Below are positions 35,113 through 35,527 of a stretch of DNA of 35,527 nucleotides, piece by piece. The notes beneath the pieces were generated by a model that made no database searches, had not been told where the DNA came from, and saw only the letters and a list, made by a program, of their open reading frames with translations. Source of the stretch: a bacterium (lineage in GTDB: Bacteria; SZUA-182; DTGQ01; JAFGSM01). Position numbers and translations under genes: made by a program. The DNA lies in contig JBLIRO010000051.1 of NCBI GenBank assembly GCA_049472335.1, positions 1 to 35,527 of the forward strand, in the 5' to 3' direction. Numbering within the stretch: the stretch's first letter is position 1; each line of letters opens with the position of its first letter.

Positions 35113-35527
35113 TTACCATATCCCTGGAAGCAATCGATATTTAACTCTTGCAGCATAGTCAGCATATCCGGGTAATTCCTTCTGCAAGGTATTATCCTCA
35201 AGAACAGTCCGGGTGATAAACAAAAGCACATATAGTCCTGCGGGGATCAATGCCCATAGAGAGTTTAGGCCTATCGCAATGCAAAAAGAAGAAATGATGC
35301 TGGCAGCATAACCGGGATGCCGAATGAATGCGTACGGCCCATTATCGATAACAAAGTGGCCTCTTTCTTTTTGAATGCGAACTGTAGATGAGAAAAATTG
35401 ATTCGTCCAAACACTCAGGATTTCCAACGAATATCCTAAAAAAATAACAGCAAAAGCTAAAACCTTGATCCATAGAGGAAATTCACCCGTCCAATGATAC
35501 CGCCCCCCATCCAAAGCAGCAACGAGG
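35113..35527 (-). CDS. Isoprenylcysteine carboxyl methyltransferase (ICMT/PEMT)-family protein, partial
   Basis: N.FFS..VRIQ..RGH.V...GPY..IRHPGY and ED..L...L.GY..Y...V.YRL.PGIW; the frame runs off the right edge. Confidence 0.9.
   Translation of the reverse strand, partial: LVAALDGGRYHWTGEFPLWIKVLAFAVIFLGYSLEILSVWTNQFFSSTVRIQKERGHFVIDNGPYAFIRHPGYAASIISSFCIAIGLNSLWALIPAGLYVLLFITRTVLEDNTLQKELPGYADYAARVKYRLLPGIW

Noticed and set aside
33619..35115. 12-bp direct repeat caacagcagtta near 33619 and 35104 as a target-site duplication
   Set aside because: Chance 12-mer matches are expected in 35 kb of AT-rich DNA, and the positions do not match the Shedu breakpoint.
35049..35231. 60-aa ORF
   Set aside because: It overlaps the ICMT gene in another frame and runs into the attC-like site.

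Overview
About 23 kb of this window (281..23640, all on the - strand) is a contractile injection system (CIS) of the AFP/PVC/eCIS type. In transcription order it holds a sigma-54-like promoter, a small wHTH gene, sheath, tube, a tail-assembly chaperone followed by an unlisted, start-less DUF6760-like ORF probably reached by a -1 frameshift, a second tube gene, a low-complexity tape-measure-like protein, a LysM tube initiator, a split gp27/gp5 spike, gp25, gp6/J and gp7/I baseplate genes, a short fibre-attachment protein, PAAR, DUF4255, a lipoprotein pair and an amidase. I see no AAA+ ATPase (Afp15 type), no full-length fibre and no recognisable toxin. Instead the locus carries four single-pass membrane proteins sharing a KKPFNW+TM anchor. 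Three of them also share a highly similar ~90-aa N-terminal domain, and each ends in a different binding module: F-type lectin, Ig repeats plus a carbohydrate-binding-like domain, Ig repeats only, or a phage tail-collar domain. A polytopic membrane protein sits next to PAAR. Together these suggest a membrane-coupled CIS with swappable receptor modules (inference). One family member lies outside the operon, behind a decayed copy of the gp7/I 3' end. The right third (25.3-35.5 kb) is AT-rich accessory DNA: a GDPD plus two-membrane-protein operon, a metallophosphoesterase, a CPBP protease, a methyltransferase, mazEF, a truncated Shedu-like nuclease, a cohesin-like protein and a partial ICMT gene. 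Three attC-like sites there point to an eroding integron cassette array with no integrase in view. All family calls are by-eye motif recognition; no searches were run.
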